Assembly (NCBI GenBank): GCA_963712275.1
Contig: CAVQHD010000001.1
Coordinates: 1,632,001-1,696,000, forward strand
DNA from: an uncultured Rhabdochlamydiaceae bacterium
GTDB lineage: Bacteria > Chlamydiota > Chlamydiia > Chlamydiales > Rhabdochlamydiaceae
Direction: 5' to 3'
Length of the DNA stretch: 64,000 nt
Each line of letters opens with the position of its first letter. Position 1 is the first letter of the stretch. A model generated the notes under the pieces. That model was not told the origin of the DNA and did no database searches. It worked only from the letters and a program-made list of their open reading frames with translations. Shown here one piece after another: positions 60,392 to 64,000 of this stretch. The position numbers and the translations under genes are program-made.

Positions 60392-61782
60392 TCTGGAACA
60401 CCCACAGAAACATGAATTGCAAGACCTGCCTCAGAGGTCTCTTTATAACTGCTCTTCATCTCTTCCCCTGTTTGTCGCATTGCTGCAATCACCTGATCAA
60501 GAGAGACACGGTGCACTCCATCCCCGCAAAGGGCGAGTTTAGAGGCATTAATAGCCTTCACAGCTCCCATGGTATTTCGTTCAATGCACGGAATTTGCAC
60601 AAGCCCTGCAATCGGATCGCAGGTCAGTCCTAAGTTATGCTCCATTCCAATTTCAGCCGCATTTTCAATCTGCTCATTCGTGCCGCCAAGCGCAGCTGTC
60701 AGGCCAGCTGCTGCCATTGAACAGGCAACCCCAATCTCTCCCTGGCAACCCATTTCAGCCGCCGATATGGAAGCCCCAAGCTTATAAAGGATTCCCATTG
60801 CAGAAGCCGTGAGCATAAATCGGATAATCCCTTCTTCAGAGGGGCTGGAGGTAAATTCAAGGTAATACCGAATGATCGAGGGAATCACACCCGCAGCTCC
60901 ATTCGTCGGAGCAGTCACAACTCGCCCGCCGGCAGCATTTTCTTCATTCACCGAGAGAGCAAAGAGGCTGACCCACTCCATGAATTCTGTTGGGTCATTG
61001 ACATTTCCTGCGCTTGTCAGTTTTCGATAGAGACCAGGAGCCCGACGTTTGACCTCCAGGCCGCCTGGCAAAACACCTTCTTGTAAAAATCCCCGTTCCA
61101 TTGAGTTATTCATGGTATCCCAAATGCGGAGGATCCCTTTTCGCACCTCTTTTTCAGGTCGAAGCGCTTTTTCATTTTCCATCACGACATCGTAAATCAT
61201 CATGCCTGTGCTCCGGCAATGCTGCAGAAGCTCTGCGCAGGTGCTAAAAGGGTAAGGCATCACATCGACAGTCTCAGAGGCCGCCCCGCGCCGAGCATGC
61301 TCATGCGGAACCACAAATCCCCCACCCACAGAATAATAGATTTGGTTGACAAGAAGCTTGCCCTCTTGATCCATCGCCTTAAAACGGATGGCATTGGAGT
61401 GGTAAGGAAGCCGTTTTCCTCGATGAAAGATCAGATCGCTCGAAGGGTCAAAATCGATTTGATAAAGGCTTAAGAGGTAAATCGTTTTTTCATTTTGAAT
61501 TCTCGCGACACGGTGGTCTACCAGATCAGGGTCGACATTTTCAGGGACCTCTCCCTCAAGGCCCAGCAAGACCGCCTTATCGGTTCCATGTCCAATCCCT
61601 GTCATCGCCAAGGACCCATAGAGCTCCACTGTCACCTTCCCGATATTTTCGAGCCCAAAGGTCTCCTGCAACGCCGTCGCAAACAGATGTGCGGCGCGCA
61701 TAGGACCTACCGTGTGGGAGCTCGAGGGACCGATTCCAATCGAAAACAGTTGAAAAAGACTGACCATACACCACCCTTTCAA
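60385..61782 (-). CDS. sdaA: L-serine ammonia-lyase (Fe-S, single chain)
   Basis: [24 protein letters not shown] and GLTCDP...QIPCIERN motifs. Likely start ATG 61767. Confidence 0.95.
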   Translation of the reverse strand: MKGWCMVSLFQLFSIGIGPSSSHTVGPMRAAHLFATALQETFGLENIGKVTVELYGSLAMTGIGHGTDKAVLLGLEGEVPENVDPDLVDHRVARIQNEKTIYLLSLYQIDFDPSSDLIFHRGKRLPYHSNAIRFKAMDQEGKLLVNQIYYSVGGGFVVPHEHARRGAASETVDVMPYPFSTCAELLQHCRSTGMMIYDVVMENEKALRPEKEVRKGILRIWDTMNNSMERGFLQEGVLPGGLEVKRRAPGLYRKLTSAGNVNDPTEFMEWVSLFALSVNEENAAGGRVVTAPTNGAAGVIPSIIRYYLEFTSSPSEEGIIRFMLTASAMGILYKLGASISAAEMGCQGEIGVACSMAAAGLTAALGGTNEQIENAAEIGMEHNLGLTCDPIAGLVQIPCIERNTMGAVKAINASKLALCGDGVHRVSLDQVIAAMRQTGEEMKSSYKETSEAGLAIHVSVGVPEC

Positions 61783-61816
61783 AAATTCAATAGCAATCCA
61801 TTACTCTCATTGTCCT

Positions 61817-62170
61817 CTATAAGAGCTTTTTCTTCAACTTATCTAAATCTTCCCGAACAAACTGAAGTTGTTGCTCCATGGAGCTCAATTTACTCATGGT
61901 GTTTTGGTATAACCCATTGACATCAATTTTTTTTGTTGCATCTTTTCCAGTCAAGATCGCCATAAAAATATGACTTGTAATTCCTACGACAACCATCATT
62001 TCACGAGCATAGGGAAGAGTTGCAGGCGTTGTATGAATACTCAAGCGAAATAAACCGACAGTAATAAGCGTGACTGCATGCGTCGTAATTTTTTGTGTTG
62101 TCGATGCATTTTCCCAGAAATTTACATAATAGCCGAATGTGGTTACAGCCCACTTGACTGGATTAAACAT
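61817..62170 (-). CDS. Small Inc-like protein (two hydrophobic helices plus coiled coil)
   Basis: Paired hydrophobic segments and a C-terminal heptad pattern. Confidence 0.55.
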   Translation of the reverse strand: MFNPVKWAVTTFGYYVNFWENASTTQKITTHAVTLITVGLFRLSIHTTPATLPYAREMMVVVGITSHIFMAILTGKDATKKIDVNGLYQNTMSKLSSMEQQLQFVREDLDKLKKKLL

Positions 62171-62927
62171 AGTTATAATGCCTTACGGTTACGTCTATTC
62201 TTTGTGGTTTAGAGAGATCCATTTCTCGCTGTCTCTGAACAAAGTAGTCTTTTGCAATAGGAAGCTGTGTGGTTTCTGCCTCTTCTTGCGGCTGAAGCAG
62301 CCTTTGTTCTATATCTCTAATTTTTCGTTTAATTCTTAATTCTCTCACATCATTAATTCGGAAGTTTGATGTTTTTGTAAAAACACTCTTTTCAGCGTTA
62401 TAATCCAACAACTCCTTGCTTACGACTACAAATCCAATAATAGCAGCAGTTATAACAAACCATTTTACCGATTCTTTAGTAGAATTGCCCAATCTTGCAG
62501 CTTCACTGTCGCGATACCTCTGAATCCAGCTTGCTTCAAAAAGGTCTGTCTTTTGGCGATTGGCTTCTCTTGATAATTTTGGATCCATAGCGGAATTTCT
62601 AAGGCAATAATTAAACGATGCGATCAGCATTTCAGATTCATTAAACTTGTTTTCAGCCAATGATGTGTGATCATAGGTGTATTTTGCTCCTCCCGCAATT
62701 GTCCCGCCCGTTAGAGCTGCCAACCCTCCTTTAAAAAAGATATTTTTCCAGCTGTAGGTTTCCTCAAGCTCATCAAGCTTATCCTTGACTGGTTGTTCTT
62801 CTTTCGCTAACTCTATAACCTCTGCCTCATCCATTTTTTCTAAAAAACCACAAAGTTTTTGGTTCTCTAATAATGGAGCTGAAGCTGCAAGCATATAAGT
62901 GCGTGTTGTCGATATCGGTAGAGACAT
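62163..62927 (-). CDS. Hypothetical membrane protein with coiled coil (Inc-like)
   Basis: GGGGAG RBS before ATG 62927 (track start 63077); two hydrophobic segments. Confidence 0.6.
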   Translation of the reverse strand: MSLPISTTRTYMLAASAPLLENQKLCGFLEKMDEAEVIELAKEEQPVKDKLDELEETYSWKNIFFKGGLAALTGGTIAGGAKYTYDHTSLAENKFNESEMLIASFNYCLRNSAMDPKLSREANRQKTDLFEASWIQRYRDSEAARLGNSTKESVKWFVITAAIIGFVVVSKELLDYNAEKSVFTKTSNFRINDVRELRIKRKIRDIEQRLLQPQEEAETTQLPIAKDYFVQRQREMDLSKPQRIDVTVRHYNYV

Positions 62928-63085
62928 AGCACTCCCCTTGTTAAAGGGAAAAATATACGAAAAACAATGTTTTATTTCAATTTTTTTGAATTCGAGATCT
63001 CCTTGCTGGCCCGGGAAATCTTTGCCCGCTCTGCTAGGCAAGCCAATGGATCTTTTAGAATGAAGCTTTTCTCTCAAGCTGCTTA

Positions 63086-63321
63086 GAAGCTGTCTTAAAA
63101 CTCAGGTTTCGTCGATTTTTGGAGGATTTTTGGCCTTTTAGTTTATGGTCAGATGGTATATGAATGATAGTTGATATAGCAGTTAATCCTGTAGGGTTTT
63201 GCTTCAATCCAAACGTTCTACAGAAAAATTGATTTGCTATGTCAGTTTTTTTTTCAAAAACTGTTACCCAGGTTTGAACCAGGCCCAAAAATCGACAGAA
63301 ACTGAATTTTAAGACAGCTTC
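63086..63321. mobile_element. MITE E (236 bp) with TTA target-site duplication
   Basis: TTA at 63083-63085 and 63322-63324. TIR GAAGCTGTCTTAAAAYTCAG (19/20). The interior is imperfectly self-complementary. Confidence 0.88.
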
Positions 63322-64000
63322 TTAACATCTGCCTCGGAAAGCTCAGTGACCTGAATGACTTGCTTTATAGAAAACCCTTGTAGAAGCATCTTTTGAGCGA
63401 CTTCTAAGTTCTTTTTCCTCTCCCCTTCTTGGATCCCAAGTTCTTTCCCCACTTGGATTCCAAGTTCTTTTCCTTCTTGGATCCCAAGCTCTTTCCCCAC
63501 TTGGATTCCAAGTTCTTTTCCTTCTTGGATCCCAAGTTCTTTCCCCATTTGGATTCCAAGTTCTTTTCCTTCTTGGATCCCTTCTTCTCTTGATTTTCTT
63601 AGGGTATTTGTTTCAATTCTCAGCCATTTAAGATGGTCTTCATAGGCTTCTCGCTCTTCGGGTCCAAAGTTCATTACATCGAGCACATGGAGGGCTTTTT
63701 GCAGAGACGGATCGTTTAAAGGGGCTGGCAGGTGATCTTTTTTGAGCAGATCATGCCGCGTTAAAAAAGCGACCCACATATCGAGAGACGTTTTCACTTT
63801 AACGATCAGATCGGAGAGCTCTTCTTGACGGTTGCTGCAGAACTTCTTTAGCTCGATGGTATGCAGTTCTAAATCTTCAAAATAGGGCAGGTGGCTTGCT
63901 TGTTCTCGGATATGGAAGACGTTGTGGTATTTTTCCTCTCTAGGAATCGAAGTGAAGTTGAGGATATGGATTCCGATAGCTTTGGATAATAGAGCGTAAT
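63309..64000 (-). CDS. Rpn family recombination-promoting nuclease / PD-(D/E)XK transposase-like protein (5' partial)
   Basis: The frame is open to the window end: AIGIHILNF...ELHTIELKKF...WVAFL...EGIQEG repeats...VAQKML.QG......VTELS. Confidence 0.88.
   Translation of the reverse strand, partial: YALLSKAIGIHILNFTSIPREEKYHNVFHIREQASHLPYFEDLELHTIELKKFCSNRQEELSDLIVKVKTSLDMWVAFLTRHDLLKKDHLPAPLNDPSLQKALHVLDVMNFGPEEREAYEDHLKWLRIETNTLRKSREEGIQEGKELGIQMGKELGIQEGKELGIQVGKELGIQEGKELGIQVGKELGIQEGERKKNLEVAQKMLLQGFSIKQVIQVTELSEADVKKLS
63424..63581. repeat. 24-bp tandem repeat (about 6.6 units) encoding GKELGIQ[E/V/M]
   Basis: Units alternate between CCTTCTTGGATCCCAAGTTCTTTC and CCCACTTGGATTCCAAGTTCTTTT. 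Confidence 0.92.

Noticed and set aside
63055..63288. 77-aa ORF, and similarly 48515-48697 and 43922-44236
   Set aside because: These are spurious frames running through the palindromic elements or antisense to real genes.
63424..63581. Regular repeats as a CRISPR array
   Set aside because: The units are contiguous, have no spacers and are in-frame coding repeats. No cas genes are present in the window.

Overview
A 64-kb chromosomal window, most likely from an environmental member of the phylum Chlamydiae. This is inferred from the rpsA-nusA-infB-rbfA-truB-ribF-ychF gene order, a Pmp-like autotransporter, and Inc-like, F-box and SH2 proteins. It contains a translation-factor operon, tRNA-Thr(TGT) followed by about 16 kb of accessory genes (DinD, a split HipA-type module, a Ser/Thr kinase, a beta-helix/beta-barrel/GH64-like glycan locus, a degenerate tandem Clp-AAA protein), a classical menaquinone operon, a Gly-rich autotransporter, HigBA, glpF/glpK/glpD, several metabolic genes and a partial Rpn nuclease gene. 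Main observations: (1) Seven 100-240 bp hairpin-forming elements plus one solo end, with at least five different terminal repeats. Three of them share a co-varying internal hairpin core, and several supply the last codons and stop codon of neighbouring genes. (2) Two unannotated tiny Lys/Arg-rich (protamine/H1-like) genes, each with a near-consensus promoter and an RBS. (3) An SH2-domain-like protein. (4) A RibF that lacks its kinase domain. All product calls come from motif recognition by eye; no database search was run.
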